A stretch of DNA of 64,000 nucleotides, from the NCBI GenBank assembly GCA_963722135.1, contig CAVRJT010000001.1, positions 127,709-191,708 on the forward strand. The letters are read 5' to 3'. Positions 34,521 through 46,936 of the stretch are shown here, piece by piece. Numbering within the stretch: the stretch's first letter is position 1; the number at the start of each line of letters is the position of its first letter. A program made the translations under genes and the position numbers. The notes beneath the pieces are model-generated. The model saw nothing but the letters and a program-made list of their open reading frames with translations. It was not told where the DNA came from and searched no databases. Origin of the DNA: an uncultured Actinomycetota bacterium. Its GTDB lineage: Bacteria; Actinomycetota; Actinomycetes; Propionibacteriales; Nocardioidaceae.

Positions 34521-35397
34521 CACTCGTCTCCCTCGGGCGCTGGGTGCGCCGGGGCGGTCGGGTCCTCGGGGTTCTCGGTGTTGTGACCGGCGCCGGCCGA
34601 GGTGTCGGTCGCGCTGCCGGAGCCGCCGGAGATGCCGCGCACGCCGTCGAGGGTGCGCTGCACCTCGTCGATGTCGCTCGGCCAGGGCAGGGGCCGAGCG
34701 CACGGTGCCGCGCGCGGCCAGCACCCGCGAGACCGAGCTGAGGAGCGGGGTGCCGTCGGGCAGCAGTGCCGGGGTGTCGACCGCGTTGTGGCGGGCGTAG
34801 ACGCCCGGGCGAGGGCAGCGGACCGAGGTGGCGTGCCGGCTGGCGGCGTACTCCTGCATCCGGCGCGCGGCCATCGCCCGCTGGCCCTCCTTGGGCTCGA
34901 GGCGCTCGCGGTGGGCCAGCAGCATCGCGCCCAGGGCGGCGGTGATCAGCAGCGCGGCGGTGGCCTCGAAGGCCAGGCACGTAGCGCGAGAAGAGCAGGT
35001 CGGCGAGGCCCTCGATGTTGCCGCCGGCGTTGGCACGCGCCCATCCCGACCATGGTGCCCAGCGAGATCTGGGCGACGACGCACGACCAGCAGCGTGCCC
35101 ATCACCAGGCCCGCCAGCGACGGCCAGCACCCGCTGGCCGCGGATCGTCTCGACGACCGAGTCGGCGGCGTCGACGCCGACGAGCATCAGCACGAAGAGG
35201 AACAGCATCATGATCGCGCCGGTGTAGACGATGATCTGCACCGCGAAGAGGAACGGCGCGTCGAGGGTCAGGTAGACCACCGCGAGGCTGATCATCACCA
35301 CGGCCAGCAGCAGCGCCGAGTGCACCGCGCGGCGCACGAGCACGACGCCGAGGGCGGCGACCACCATGAGGGGCGCGAGGACCCAGAAGGCGATCAC
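34520..35397 (-). CDS. nuoJ: NADH-quinone oxidoreductase subunit J (frameshifted)
   Basis: [39 protein letters not shown]. Confidence 0.92.
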
Positions 35398-35987
35398 CTG
35401 GGGGCCTCCTCGGTACCGCGGGTGCCCGGCGCCGGGGCGGCGTACTGGCCCCGGTAGTAGTCGGTCTCGTCGTCGCCGAGCAGCATCGCGTGCGGCGGCT
35501 GCTCCATGCCCGGGAGCAGCGGCGCGAGCAGGTCGGACTTCTCGTAGATCAGGCTCTCGCGGGTGGAGTCGGCCAGCTCGTACTCGTTGGTCATGGTCAG
35601 CGCCCGCGTCGGGCACGCCTCGATGCACAGCCCGCACAGGATGCAGCGCAGGTAGTTGATCTGGTAGACGCGGCCGTAGCGCTCACCGGGGCTGAAGCGG
35701 CCCGACGTCGGGGAGTCGGGCTCGTCGCTGTTGCAGGCACCCTCGACGTAGATCGCGTCAGCGGGGCAGGCCCAGGCGCACAGCTCGCACCCGATGCACT
35801 TCTCCAGCCCGTCGGGCCAGCGGTTGAGCTGGTGGCGGCCGTGGAACCGCGGCGCGGTCGGCAGCTTCTCGAAGGGGTACTGCTCGGTGACGACCTTGCG
35901 GAACATGGTGCGGAACGTGACCCCGAAACCCGCGACGGGGTCCCAGAACTGCTCCTTGATGCTCTTGGGGCCGGAACTCTCTGCCAT
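35394..35987 (-). CDS. nuoI: NADH-quinone oxidoreductase subunit I
   Basis: [12 protein letters not shown] and [12 protein letters not shown]. Confidence 0.97.
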   Translation of the reverse strand: MAESSGPKSIKEQFWDPVAGFGVTFRTMFRKVVTEQYPFEKLPTAPRFHGRHQLNRWPDGLEKCIGCELCAWACPADAIYVEGACNSDEPDSPTSGRFSPGERYGRVYQINYLRCILCGLCIEACPTRALTMTNEYELADSTRESLIYEKSDLLAPLLPGMEQPPHAMLLGDDETDYYRGQYAAPAPGTRGTEEAPR

Positions 35988-35988
35988 G

Positions 35989-37285
35989 TCAGCTCTCCTC
36001 GCCCGGGGCACCGGTGGTGACCGTGGCCTGCGTGCGGGACGACGGGAACGTGAGCGGTGCGGCGGCGCCGCGGACAGGTCCCCCGCCGGGCATGGGCGGA
36101 ACCGGGTAGGCACCGGTCGGTGCGGTGTGGTCGGGCTGGTCGGCGACCTCGGGCTCGTCGGAGCCGAAGAAGCCCCACAGGAGGATCAGGGCCAGCAGGA
36201 CGCCGCCGCCGATGAGGATCTCCTGGGTGCCGAAGTCGTAGGCCGTGGAGACGTAGCGCATCGTGGCGACCAGGACGACCCAGGCGAGGGCGAACGGGAT
36301 CAGCACCTTCCAGCCCAGGTTCATGAACTGGTCGTAGCGCATCCGGGGCAGGGTGCCGCGCAGCCAGATGAAGAAGAAGATGAAACCGAGCATCTTGGCG
36401 AAGAACCAGATCAGCGGCACGTAGCCCTCGTTGGCGCCGGCCCAGACCTCGTCGATCCAGAACGGGGCCCGCCAGCCGCCGAGGAACAGCGTCGTGGCCA
36501 GCGCCGAGACGGTCGCCATGTTGATGTACTCGCCGAGGAAGAAGAGCGCGAACTTCAGCGAGGAGTACTCGGTGTGGAAGCCGCCGACCAGCTCGCCCTC
36601 GGCCTCGGGGAGGTCGAAGGGGGCGCGGTTGGTCTCGCCGATCATCGAGATCACGTAGATCACGAAGGAGGGGAACAGGATCGCGCCGAACCACCAGTCC
36701 TCCTGCGCGGCGACGATCTCGGAGGTCGACAGCGAGCCCGCGTAGAGGAAGACCGCGATGAGCGCGAGGCCCATCGCGACCTCGTAGGAGATCATCTGGG
36801 CGCTCGAGCGCAGTCCGCCGAGCAGCGAGTACGTCGAGCCGCTGGACCAGCCACCGAGCACGATGCCGTAGATGCCGATCGAGGCGATCGCCATCACGAA
36901 GAGCACCGCCACGGGCATGTCGGTCAGCTGCAGCGGGGTGCGCTGCGCCGAACATCGTGACCTCGGGTCCGAACGGGATGACCGCGAAGGTGACGAAGGC
37001 CGGGACCACCACGAGCACCGGGGCGAGGACGAAGACGACCTTGTCGGCCGCCTTGGGGATGATGTCCTCCTTCAGCGCGAGCTTCACCCCGTCCGCCAGG
37101 GACTGGAGCAGGCCGAAGGGGCCGTTCACGTTGGGGCCGATGCGGTGCTGCATGCGGGCCACGACCCGCCGCTCCCACCAGATGTTGAACAGGGTCAGCA
37201 GCACCAGCACGACGAAGATGAGCACGGCCTTGACCAGCACCAGCCACCAGACGTCCTGGCCGAAGAGCGGCAGTTCGGCGTTCAC
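35989..37285 (-). CDS. nuoH: NADH-quinone oxidoreductase subunit H (one frameshift)
   Basis: [51 protein letters not shown]. Confidence 0.96.
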
Positions 37286-39737
37286 AGCGAGGCTCCCTTC
37301 ACACGCACACGGCTGCCCGGCGAGGCCAGGCGCTCGAGCACCGACGTGCCGAACGAGGCGGTCGGCACCCAGACGACGTCGTCGACCATGCCGTCGACCT
37401 GCTCCACCGGCAGCGTCAGCTCGCCGCGGTCACCCACGACGGTGACGGCGTCGCCGGCCAGGGCCTGGGCGGCGTACGTCGCCGGGCTGAGGCGGGCCAC
37501 GGCGGGCCGACCGGTGGCGGCGAGGTGCTTGTCGCCGGCCTGCAGCGACCCGTCGTCGATGAGCTGCTTCCAGGTCGACAGCGCCAGGCCGGGGCCGTCC
37601 CACGACTGGGGCTCGACCATCGCCATGCCGGGTCGGGCACCGTCCCAGGGACCGAGGCTCGGACATCTCGGCCCGGACCTCGTCGACGGTGCGGAAGCCC
37701 AGCGCGCGGCCGTGGCCGAGCGCGGCGAGCTCCTCGGAGATGCCGGCCAGCACCCGCAGGTCGGGCAGCGAGGAGGGGCTGGGCAGGACGGCCTCGAAGG
37801 GGCGCACGCGACCCTCCCAGTTGACGAACGTGCCGGCCTTCTCGACCGCGGCGGCGACCGGGAAGACCACGTCGGCCACCCGGGTCACCTCGGTCTCGCG
37901 CAGGTCGAGGGCGACCACGAACGACGCGGCCGCGATCGCGGCGCGGGTGGCGGCGGGGTCGGTGGTGTCGGAGGGGTCCACGCCCCCGATGACCAGTCCC
38001 CCGAGCTCGCCGGCGGACAGGGCGGCGACGATCGCGTCGGCGTCGCGTCCGGGCGCCTCGGGCAGGGAGTCGACGCCCCACGAGGTGGCGGCGTCCACGC
38101 GGGCGGCGGCCTCGGCGACGGGGCGGCCACCGGGCAGCAGGTTCGGCAGGCAGCCTGCCTCGACCGCACCGCGGTCGCCGGCGCGCCGCGGCACCCAGGC
38201 CAGGCGGGCACCGGTGCGTGCGGCGAGGTCGGCGGCAGCGCCCAGGGCGCCGGGCACCAGGGCCAGGCGCTCGCCGACCAGCACCACCGTGGTGGCGTCG
38301 ACGGCGGGCTCGGTGTGCTCGGCCAGCGATGCGAGGACGGTGGCCTCCTCACCGGGCGCGGAGGGCACCAGGTGGGCGTCGACCTTGCTCAGGCCGCGGG
38401 TGAGGTACGGCGCCACGGCCAGGACGCGGGTGCCGTGGCGGGCGGCGCGGCGCAGGCGCAGGAACACCGTGCCGGCCTCGTCCTCGGGCTCGAGGCCCGC
38501 CAGCACGACGGTGCTCGCGGACTCGAGGTCGGCGAAGGTGACCGCGCCGGCCATGGGGTCGCCGAGCGCGACGTGGGCGGCCAGGAACTGGGCCTCCTCG
38601 TCGGAGTGCGGACGGGCGCGGAAGTCGATGTCGTTGGTGCCGAGCGAGACCCGCGCCAGCTTGGCGTAGGCGTAGGCGTCCTCGGCGGTGAGACGCCCTC
38701 CGGTGAGCACGGCGCTGCTGCCCGCGGCGGCCAGTCCGCGCGCGGCCACGGCGAACGCCTCGGGCCACGAGGCGGGACGCAGCGAGCCGTCGCCGCCGTC
38801 CTCGACCCGGTCACGGACCTGGGGGTAGCCCAGCCGGTCCTCGAGGGCGGCGTAGGTGAAGGCGAAGCGGTCCTTGTCGGTGATCCACTCCTCGTTGACC
38901 TCGGGGTCGTTGCCGGCGAGGCGGCGCATCACCTTGCCGCGGCGGTGGTCGACGCGGATCGCGGAGCCGCAGGCGTCGTGCTCGGCGACGCTGGGGGTGG
39001 AGACGAGGTCGAAGGGGCGCGAGCGGAACCGGTAGGACTCCGAGGTCAGCGCGCCGACGGGGCAGATCTGGATCGTGTTGCCGGAGAAGTAGGACAGGAA
39101 CGGCGCCGACTCGGCGATGCCGATCTGCTGCTGGGCGCCCCGCTCGATCAGCGCGATGAACGGGTCGCCGGCGATCTCCTCGGCGAAGCGGGTGCAGCGC
39201 TGGCACACGATGCAGCGCTCGCGGTCCAGGAGCACCTGCGGCGAGAGGTTGATCGGCTTGGGGAAGGTGCGCTTGACGCCGCCCGAGGCGGCGAAGCGCG
39301 ACTCGCCACGGCCGTTCGACATCGCCTGGTTCTGCAGCGGGCACTCGCCGCCCTTGTCGCAGACCGGGCAGTCCAGCGGGTGGTTGACCAGCAGGAACTC
39401 CATGATGCCCTGCTGGGCCTTGTCGGCGACCTCGCTGGTGGCCTGGGTGTTGACGACCATGCCGGGGGCCACCGGCAGCGTGCAGGAGGCCTGCGGCTTG
39501 GGGAACCCGCGGCCGTTGCCGGCGTCGGGGACCTCGACCAGGCACTGGCGGCAGGCACCGACCGGCTCGAGCAGCGGGTGGTCGCAGAAGCGCGGGATCT
39601 GCACCCCGACCTGCTCGGCGGCCCGGATGACCAGGGTGTCCGCGGGGACGCTGACCTCGATGCCGTCGATGGTCACCTGGACCAGCTCGACGTCCGGGGC
39701 CGGCGTGCCGGCCGACGTCTTCTCGGGGAACGGTCAT
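37282..39737 (-). CDS. nuoG: NADH-quinone oxidoreductase subunit G (frameshifts near both ends)
   Basis: [48 protein letters not shown]. Confidence 0.95.
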
Positions 39738-41062
39738 GCCTGGGCTCCAGCGGTGGCGAAGACGGTGGACGCCGCGGGGTCGAACGGGCAGCCGCCGTGG
39801 GTGAGGTGTGCGAGGTACTCCTCGCGGAAGAACTTGATCGAGCTCGAGATCGGGCTGGTGGCACCGTCGGCGAGCGCGCAGAAGGACCGGCCCAGGATGT
39901 TGTCGCACTGGTCGAGGAGCAGGTCGAGGTCCTCCTCGGAGCCGACCCCCTTCTCCAGCCGGGCCAGGACCTGCACCAGCCACCAGGTGCCCTCACGGCA
40001 CGGGGTGCACTTGCCGCAGGACTCGTGCTTGTAGAACTCGGTCCAGCGCAGCACGGCGCGCACCACGCAGGTGGTCTCGTCGAAGAGCTGCAGGGCGCGG
40101 GTGCCGAGCATGGTGCCGGCCTCGGCCATGCCCTCGAAGTCGAGCGGCAGGTCGAGGTGCTCCGCCGTCAGCAGCGGTGTCGAGGAGCCGCCGGGGGTCC
40201 AGAACTTCAGCTCGTGGCGCTGGCCGTCCGGGCCCTGGCGCATGCCGCCGGCGAGGTCGATGAGCTCGCGCAGCGTGATGCCCAGGGGCGCTTCGTACTG
40301 ACCGGGACGGGTCACGTGGCCCGAGAGCGAGAAGATGCCGAAGCCCTTGGACTTCTCGGTGCCCATCGAGGCGAACCAGTCGGCGCCGTTGGCGATGATG
40401 CTGGGTACCGACGCGATGGACTCGACGTTGTTGATGACCGTGGGGCTGGCGTAGAGACCGGCGACCGCGGGGAACGGCGGGCGCAGGCGCGGCTGGCCGC
40501 GGCGGCCCTCGAGACCCTCGAGCAGCGCGGTCTCCTCGCCACAGATGTAGGCGCCGGCGCCGGCGTGCACCACGATGTCGAGGTCGTAGCCGGTGCCGTG
40601 GATGTTCTTGCCGAGGTGCCCCGCGGCGTACGCCTCGTCGACGGCCGCCTGCACCCGGCGGATCACGTGCAGCACCTCGCCGCGGATGTAGATGAAGGCC
40701 TGGTGGGCGCGGATCGCGAACGAGCTGATGATGACGCCCTCGACCAGCGTGTGCGGGCTGGCCATCATGAGCGGGATGTCCTTGCAGGTCCCCGGCTCGG
40801 ACTCGTCGGCGTTGACCACGAGGTACTTGGGCTTGGGGTTGTCCTGGGGGATGAAGCCCCACTTCATGCCCGTGGGGAAGCCCGCGCCGCCCCGCCCGCG
40901 CAGACCGGAGTCCTTGACGGCCGTGATGACGTCGTCGGGAGCCATGGCCAGTGCGGTGCGCAGCCCGGCGTAGCCGCCGTGCTCCTCGTACGACGCCAGG
41001 GTCCAGGAGCGCTCGGCGCCCCAGTTGGCGGTGAGGACCGGGGTCAGGGTGTCGATGCTCAC
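39734..41062 (-). CDS. nuoF: NADH-quinone oxidoreductase subunit F
   Basis: GLRGRGGAGFPTGMKW, NADESEPG, GAGAYICGEETAL, ESCGKCTPCREG. Confidence 0.98.
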   Translation of the reverse strand: MSIDTLTPVLTANWGAERSWTLASYEEHGGYAGLRTALAMAPDDVITAVKDSGLRGRGGAGFPTGMKWGFIPQDNPKPKYLVVNADESEPGTCKDIPLMMASPHTLVEGVIISSFAIRAHQAFIYIRGEVLHVIRRVQAAVDEAYAAGHLGKNIHGTGYDLDIVVHAGAGAYICGEETALLEGLEGRRGQPRLRPPFPAVAGLYASPTVINNVESIASVPSIIANGADWFASMGTEKSKGFGIFSLSGHVTRPGQYEAPLGITLRELIDLAGGMRQGPDGQRHELKFWTPGGSSTPLLTAEHLDLPLDFEGMAEAGTMLGTRALQLFDETTCVVRAVLRWTEFYKHESCGKCTPCREGTWWLVQVLARLEKGVGSEEDLDLLLDQCDNILGRSFCALADGATSPISSSIKFFREEYLAHLTHGGCPFDPAASTVFATAGAQA

Positions 41063-41853
41063 TGCGCCTCCTTCTTCTCCGCGGCGGGCTCGCCGCTGCC
41101 GCTGCTCTCCTCGACGGCGGCCGACTCGGCCTCCAACGAGGCGTCGGAGTCGGCGGCGGCCTCGACGTGGTGCGCGGGGTCCTCGTGGACCTGCGCGGCG
41201 CTGCCGGACCGGGTGCTGCTCGGGGCGCTCCAGCCGCGCTCCTGGGCGATCTCGAGCCCGACCAGCGAGGCCGGACCGGCGCCCGGGCCCTCGTCGACGC
41301 GGCCGTCGGGGAAGCCGGCGAGCACCCGCTCGGCCTCGCGCCAGGTGCACACGCGCGGGCCTCGGGTGGAGGTGACCTCCTTGCCGGCACGCAGGTCGTC
41401 GACCAGCGCCACCGCGGAGTCGGGGGTCATGTTGTCCATGAACTCCCAGTTGACCATCATCACCGGCGCGTAGTCGCAGGCCGCGTTGCACTCGACGTGC
41501 TCGAGGGTGATCGAGCCGTCCGTCGTGGTCTCGTCGTTGCCGACCTCGAGGTGGTCCTTGAGACGCTCGAAGATCTGGTCCCCGCCCATCACCGCGCACA
41601 GCGTGTTGGTGCAGACCCCGACGTGGTAGTCACCCACGGGACGGCGCTTGTACATCGTGTAGAAGGTCGCCACGCCGCTCACCTCGGCCGCGGAGATCCC
41701 GAGGACGTCGGCGCAGGCCTCGATGCCCTCCGGGGTCACCCGGCCCTCGCTGGACTGCACCAGGTGCAGCATCGGCAGCAGGCCCGAGCGGGCCTCGGGG
41801 TAGCGGGCGGCGATCTCGCGCAGCTCGCCGAGGGTGGTCTCGTTGAGACTCAT
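41059..41853 (-). CDS. nuoE: NADH-quinone oxidoreductase subunit E
   Basis: [24 protein letters not shown]. Confidence 0.97.
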   Translation of the reverse strand: MSLNETTLGELREIAARYPEARSGLLPMLHLVQSSEGRVTPEGIEACADVLGISAAEVSGVATFYTMYKRRPVGDYHVGVCTNTLCAVMGGDQIFERLKDHLEVGNDETTTDGSITLEHVECNAACDYAPVMMVNWEFMDNMTPDSAVALVDDLRAGKEVTSTRGPRVCTWREAERVLAGFPDGRVDEGPGAGPASLVGLEIAQERGWSAPSSTRSGSAAQVHEDPAHHVEAAADSDASLEAESAAVEESSGSGEPAAEKKEAQ

Positions 41854-43232
41854 CTGTCGACGCCTCCCATGACGGGGTCGATCGAGGCGATCGCCACGAT
41901 GATGTCGGCGACCATGCCGCCCTCGCTCATCACGGACGTCGCCTGCAGGTTGGTGAAGGACGGGTCGCGGAAGTGCGCCCGGAACGGTCGGGTGCCGCCG
42001 TCGGAGACGACGTGCGCGCCGAGCTCGCCGCGGGGGGACTCCACCGGCACGTAGGCCTGTCCCGCGGGGACCCGGAAGCCCTCGGTGACGAGCTTGAAGT
42101 GGTGGATCAGCCCCTCCATCGACTCGCCCATGATGTGGCGGATGTGGTCGAGGCTGTTGCCCATGCCGTCGGAGCCGATCGAGAGCTGGCTGGGCCAGGC
42201 GATCTTCTTGTCGCTCACCATCACCGGTGCGCCCTCGAGGCCGGCGAGCCGCTCGGCGGCCTGCTCGACGATCTTCAGCGACTCCCACATCTCCGCGAGG
42301 CGGATCCGGAAGCGGCCGTAGGCGTCGGCGGTGTCCCAGGTCTGGACGTCGAAGTCGTAGGTCTCGTAGCCGCAGTACGGCTCGCTCTTGCGCAGGTCCC
42401 ACGGGTAGCCGGTGGCGCGCAGCGGCGGGCCGGTCAGGCCCAGCGCCAGGCACCCCTCGAGGTCGAGGTGGCCCACGCCCTCGAGGCGCGCCTTGAAGAT
42501 CGGGTTCGCGTTGCACAGCGCGGCGTACTCGGGCAGGCGCTTGCGCATCAGGTCGAGGAAGCCGCGGATCTCGTCGAGAGCACCCGGGGGCAGGTCCTGG
42601 GCCACCCCACCGGGTCGGATGAACGCGTGGTTCATCCGCAGACCGGTGATCAGCTCGAACAGGTCGAGGACCAGCTCGCGCTCGCGGAAGCCGATGGTCA
42701 TCACGGTCAGCGCACCGAGCTCCATGCCACCGGTCGCGATCGCCACCAGGTGGGAGGAGAGGCGGTTGAGCTCCATCAGGAGCACCCGCATGACCTGGGC
42801 CTTCTCGGGGATGTCGTCCTCGATGTCGAGGAGCCGCTCGACGCCCAGCACGTAGGTCATCTCGTTGTAGAACGGCGAGAGGTAGTCCATCCGGGTGCAG
42901 AACGTCACGCCCTGGACCCAGGTGCGGTACTCCATGTTCTTCTCGATGCCCGTGTGCAGGTAGCCGATGCCGCAGCGGGCCTCGGTGACCGTCTCGCCCT
43001 CGAGCTCGAGGATGAGGCGCAGGACGCCGTGGGTCGAGGGGTGCTGGGGGCCCATGTTGACGATGACGCGCTCGTCGACACCGTCCTCGAGACCCTCGGT
43101 GATGGAGTCCCAGTCCTGGCCGGAGACCGTGAAGACGCGGCCCTCGGAGGTCTCCTGGGTGCCGGCGTAGAGGTCCTGCTCGCCCACGGCCGAGCCGGAG
43201 CCTGGATCGGTGCCAGGGTTGGTGGTTGCCAT
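41850..43232 (-). CDS. nuoD: NADH-quinone oxidoreductase subunit D
   Basis: [41 protein letters not shown]. Confidence 0.98.
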   Translation of the reverse strand: MATTNPGTDPGSGSAVGEQDLYAGTQETSEGRVFTVSGQDWDSITEGLEDGVDERVIVNMGPQHPSTHGVLRLILELEGETVTEARCGIGYLHTGIEKNMEYRTWVQGVTFCTRMDYLSPFYNEMTYVLGVERLLDIEDDIPEKAQVMRVLLMELNRLSSHLVAIATGGMELGALTVMTIGFRERELVLDLFELITGLRMNHAFIRPGGVAQDLPPGALDEIRGFLDLMRKRLPEYAALCNANPIFKARLEGVGHLDLEGCLALGLTGPPLRATGYPWDLRKSEPYCGYETYDFDVQTWDTADAYGRFRIRLAEMWESLKIVEQAAERLAGLEGAPVMVSDKKIAWPSQLSIGSDGMGNSLDHIRHIMGESMEGLIHHFKLVTEGFRVPAGQAYVPVESPRGELGAHVVSDGGTRPFRAHFRDPSFTNLQATSVMSEGGMVADIIVAIASIDPVMGGVDR

Positions 43233-43996
43233 CAGTTGTACGACCTCCGCTGGTCGGGAGGCGGCACGGTGCCGCCCTTGTACTCCACGGGGATGCCGCC
43301 CAGCGGGTAGTCCTTGCGCTGGGGGTGGCCCGGCCAGTCGTCGGGCATCAGGATGCGGGCCAGGCCGGGGTGGCCGTCGAAGACGATCCCGAACATGTCG
43401 TAGGTCTCGCGCTCGTGCCAGTCGGCGGTCGGGTAGACCGCGACGACCGAGGGCACGTGCGGGTCGGCGTCGGGTGCGGCGACCTCGAGCCGGATCCGGC
43501 GGTTGTGGGTCATCGAGAGCAGGTGGTGCACCACGTGCATCTCGCGACCGGTGTCCTCGGGGTAGTGCACGCCGCTGACGCTGGAGCACAGCTCGAAGCG
43601 CAGCGCCTCGTCGTCGCGCAGCACGCGGGCCACCGTCAGGAGGTCCTCGCGGCGCACGTGGAAGGTGATCTCGCCGCGGTGCACGACCACGCTGCCGATG
43701 GCCGACTCCACGCCGGCCGCGCGGGTCGCCTGCTCGAGCGCGTCGGCGACCTCGTCGAACCAGCCGCCGTAGGGGCGCTGGGCGGGTGCGGGGTGGGCGA
43801 TGGCCGAGACCAGTCCGCCGTACCCGCTGGTGTCGCCGGTGCCGCTCACGCCGAACATGCCGTGCCGGGTGCCGACCTGCTGCACCTGGCCCGGGGGCGA
43901 GGGCAGGTTCTCCGGCGACTTCTCGACCGCGGGACGACCGGGGGTCTGCTCCGGGGCGTCGGGGGTCGCCTTGGTGACGTCCTTGTCCTCGCTCAC
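43232..43996 (-). CDS. nuoC: NADH-quinone oxidoreductase subunit C
   Basis: [28 protein letters not shown]. Confidence 0.97.
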   Translation of the reverse strand: MSEDKDVTKATPDAPEQTPGRPAVEKSPENLPSPPGQVQQVGTRHGMFGVSGTGDTSGYGGLVSAIAHPAPAQRPYGGWFDEVADALEQATRAAGVESAIGSVVVHRGEITFHVRREDLLTVARVLRDDEALRFELCSSVSGVHYPEDTGREMHVVHHLLSMTHNRRIRLEVAAPDADPHVPSVVAVYPTADWHERETYDMFGIVFDGHPGLARILMPDDWPGHPQRKDYPLGGIPVEYKGGTVPPPDQRRSYN

Positions 43997-44547
43997 CGCA
44001 GCAGGCCCTTCATGTCGGAGGTCGGCAGCGCCCGCAGCGCCTCGTTCTCGAGGTCCTCGATCTGGGCGAGGCGGTTGGCGCCGAGCTTGGTGGCCTGGAC
44101 CTGGTCGTGCAGCTTGAGGATCGCGTCGATCAGCATCTCCGGGCGCGGCGGGCAGCCGGGGAGGTACATGTCGACGGGCACGACGTGGTCGACGCCCTGG
44201 ACGATCGCGTAGTTGTTGAACATGCCGCCGCTGCTGGCGCACACACCCATGGCGAGCACCCACTTGGGCTCAGCCATCTGGTCGTAGATCTGGCGCAGGA
44301 CCGGGGCCATCTTCTGGCTCACCCGGCCGGCCACGATCATCAGGTCCGCCTGGCGCGGGCTGGCCCGGAAGACCTCCATGCCGAAGCGGGCGAGGTCGTA
44401 CTTGGGGCCGCCGCTGGTCATCATCTCGATGGCGCAGCAGGCCAGGCCGAAGGTCGCCGGCCAGAACGACGCCTTGCGCATGTACCCGGCGACGCCTTCG
44501 ACCGTGGTCAGCAGGACGCCGCTGGGGAGCTTCTCCTCGATACCCAT
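43993..44547 (-). CDS. nuoB: NADH-quinone oxidoreductase subunit B
   Basis: [26 protein letters not shown]. Confidence 0.98.
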   Translation of the reverse strand: MGIEEKLPSGVLLTTVEGVAGYMRKASFWPATFGLACCAIEMMTSGGPKYDLARFGMEVFRASPRQADLMIVAGRVSQKMAPVLRQIYDQMAEPKWVLAMGVCASSGGMFNNYAIVQGVDHVVPVDMYLPGCPPRPEMLIDAILKLHDQVQATKLGANRLAQIEDLENEALRALPTSDMKGLLR

Positions 44548-44578
44548 GTGAGTGGGTCCTTTCGACAGATGTGGTCGG

Positions 44579-44938
44579 TCAGTCCCAGTCGAGTCCGCCG
44601 CGGCGCCACTCGTAGGCGTAGGCGACGGTGATGTTGACCAGGAACAGCACGACGGCGAGCAGACCGAAACCCCCCATGGCGTCGAAGTGGACCGCCCAGG
44701 GCACCAGGAACATGATCTCGACGTCGAAGATGATGAACGTCATCGCGACCGTGTAGAACTTCACCGGCACGCGGCCCCCGCCGACAGGCTGCGGGGTGGG
44801 GTCGATGCCGCACTCGTAGGAGTCGAGCTTGGCCCGGTTGTAGCGCGCGGGACCGGTCAGCGTGCTGACGGCCACGGAGAAGACGGCGAAGCCGGCGGCC
44901 AGTGCAGCCAGCACCAGCACCGGGGTGTAGAGCTCCAT
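44579..44938 (-). CDS. nuoA: NADH-quinone oxidoreductase subunit A
   Basis: [26 protein letters not shown]. Confidence 0.97.
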   Translation of the reverse strand: MELYTPVLVLAALAAGFAVFSVAVSTLTGPARYNRAKLDSYECGIDPTPQPVGGGRVPVKFYTVAMTFIIFDVEIMFLVPWAVHFDAMGGFGLLAVVLFLVNITVAYAYEWRRGGLDWD

Positions 44939-44986
44939 CGCGATCCCTTTCCTCCTGTGCCAGCCACTTCGGCCCGGATTGTGACC

Positions 44987-45004
44987 TTGTGAAACGAATC
45001 ACTA
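44987..45004. promoter_or_regulatory. Rex (or Crp-family) operator upstream of nuoA
   Basis: TTGTGAA-ACGA-ATCACTA versus Rex consensus TTGTGAA-N4-TTCACAA (2 mismatches). Confidence 0.6.
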
Positions 45005-45143
45005 GTGGCGCGGCGCACAGTCTGCCACCCCGCCCCGCAGGTGGCGAGCCGGGGGTGGGACCCGGCGTGAACGGCGGCCGCACCTCCCTGACCTGCACAT
45101 TTAGGCAAGATCGGTGTGGCGTAATTCGCCGCGTGGAGCCTCG

Positions 45144-45833
45144 TCAGGCGGTGGCGCGGTGCAGGGCCACGATGCCGCCCGAGAGGTTCTTCCACTCCAC
45201 GTCGGCCCAGCCGGCGTCGGCGACCATGGCGGCCAGCCCGGCCTGGTCGGGCCAGGCGCGGATGGACTCGGCGAGGTAGACGTAGGCGTCCGGGGACGAG
45301 GAGACCGCGCGGGCCACCGGCGGCAGCGCCTTCATCAGGTACTCGACGTACGCGGTGCGGAAGGGCGCCCAGGTCGGGTGGCTGAACTCGCAGACGACCA
45401 GCCGGCCGCCGGGGCGGGTCACGCGGCGCATCTCGGCCAGCCCAGCGGCGGGGTCGACGATGTTGCGCAGCCCGAAGGAGATCGTGACCGCGTCGAAGGT
45501 GTCGTCGGCGAACGGCAGGCGGGTGCCGTCACCGGCGGTGAAGGGCAGGTGCGGACGGGCCTTCTTGCCCACCCGCAGCATCCCCAGGGAGAAGTCGCAC
45601 GGCACCACGGTCGCGCCGCGGTCGTGGAAGGGCACGCTCGAGGTGCCGGTGCCGGCCGCCAGGTCGAGCACCCGCTCACCCGGGACGGGCGCGACGGCGT
45701 CGAGCACCTCGGTGCGCCAGCGGCGGTCCTGGCCCAGGGAGAGCACGTCGTTGGTCACGTCATAGCGCTTCGCGACCGCGTCGAACATGCGTCGTACGTC
45801 GATCGGCTGCTTGTCCAGGTCTGCACGGGCCAC
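45144..45833 (-). CDS. menG: Demethylmenaquinone methyltransferase
   Basis: [46 protein letters not shown]. Confidence 0.95.
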   Translation of the reverse strand: MARADLDKQPIDVRRMFDAVAKRYDVTNDVLSLGQDRRWRTEVLDAVAPVPGERVLDLAAGTGTSSVPFHDRGATVVPCDFSLGMLRVGKKARPHLPFTAGDGTRLPFADDTFDAVTISFGLRNIVDPAAGLAEMRRVTRPGGRLVVCEFSHPTWAPFRTAYVEYLMKALPPVARAVSSSPDAYVYLAESIRAWPDQAGLAAMVADAGWADVEWKNLSGGIVALHRATA

Positions 45834-45878
45834 AGCCGCAGCGTAGAGGCCCCTTCCAGGACCGGTGGACGCCGGGAC

Positions 45879-45905
45879 GCAACCTTCCACCCCGCTCGTG
45901 CGTCT
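45879..45905 (+). promoter_or_regulatory. ECF sigma (SigE/SigM-like) promoter of the L,D-transpeptidase
   Basis: GCAACC-16 bp-CGTCT about 55 nt upstream of the ATG. Confidence 0.5.
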
Positions 45906-45960
45906 CCCAAGTGACAACGCTGCACACCGCAGCACCCCAGCCCCACTCGGGAGATCCACC

Positions 45961-46866
45961 ATGACCACCCTGCGCCGACTCCTGATCGTCGTCCTGACCA
46001 CCCTGCTCCTGACCGCCTCCGCGTACGGCGCCGGGCTGGCCCAGGAGCACTGGTTCGGCTCCGACGGCCCCCGCGACACGAGCGCGGGCCCCGTGGCCGC
46101 GGCCGACCCCGGGCCGCAGGCGACCCGGCCGGTCCGGACGGCGCACGAGCCCCGCAGGAGGCCGGGACGGCAGCCGGTGGTCACGGCGCCGGCACCGCTC
46201 GAGCCGGCCCTGGTGCCCGGCCCCGCCCTGATGCGGACCGGTCGCGACGGCGAGGACGTGCGCGACCTGCAGGCGCGGCTCGCACAGATCGGCTGGTTCG
46301 ACGCCGGCGTGACCGGCTTCTACGGCGACGTCACCGCTGCCTCGGTGCGCGGGTTCCAGGCCAAGCGCGAGATCCCCGAGACCGGCGAGGTCGACCGCCG
46401 CACGATGGACCGGCTGCTCGCGATGACGACCGAGCCGACCACCGACGAGCTGCACCCCGAGCGGGTGGTCGCCGCCGCGGCTCCCTCGGGCGCGCTCGAC
46501 CCGCGCTGCACCACCGGGCGGGTGCTGTGCATCGACAAGACCACCTCGACCCTGAGCCTGGTCGTGGACGGCCAGGTCCGCAGCACGCTCGCCGCCCGCT
46601 TCGGGGGCGCGGCCACCCCGACCCGGGAGGGCGTCTTCTCGGTGCTGCGGATGGACCGCGACCACGTCTCCAACCTGTTCGGGTCGGCGATGCCGTTCTC
46701 GATGTTCTTCTCCGGGGGGCAGGCGGTGCACTACTCCTCCGACTTCGCCGCCGTCGGGTACGCCGGGGCGTCGCACGGCTGCGTGAACATCCGCGACTAC
46801 GACGCGCTGGCCGCGATCTACGACCAGGTGGCGGTCGGCGACCGGGTCGTGGTGCACCGCAGCTGA
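45961..46866 (+). CDS. L,D-transpeptidase with peptidoglycan-binding domain
   Basis: VRDLQARL...GFYG..T..SVRGFQ (PG_binding_1); PTREG, AVH, SHGCVN (YkuD). Confidence 0.92.
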   Translation: MTTLRRLLIVVLTTLLLTASAYGAGLAQEHWFGSDGPRDTSAGPVAAADPGPQATRPVRTAHEPRRRPGRQPVVTAPAPLEPALVPGPALMRTGRDGEDVRDLQARLAQIGWFDAGVTGFYGDVTAASVRGFQAKREIPETGEVDRRTMDRLLAMTTEPTTDELHPERVVAAAAPSGALDPRCTTGRVLCIDKTTSTLSLVVDGQVRSTLAARFGGAATPTREGVFSVLRMDRDHVSNLFGSAMPFSMFFSGGQAVHYSSDFAAVGYAGASHGCVNIRDYDALAAIYDQVAVGDRVVVHRS

Positions 46867-46936
46867 GGAGGCGGCCGCCGGGTGACCTCACCCACGCTTG
46901 GTCCTGTCCATGGGCAGCGCTGCGTATCCTTCGACC

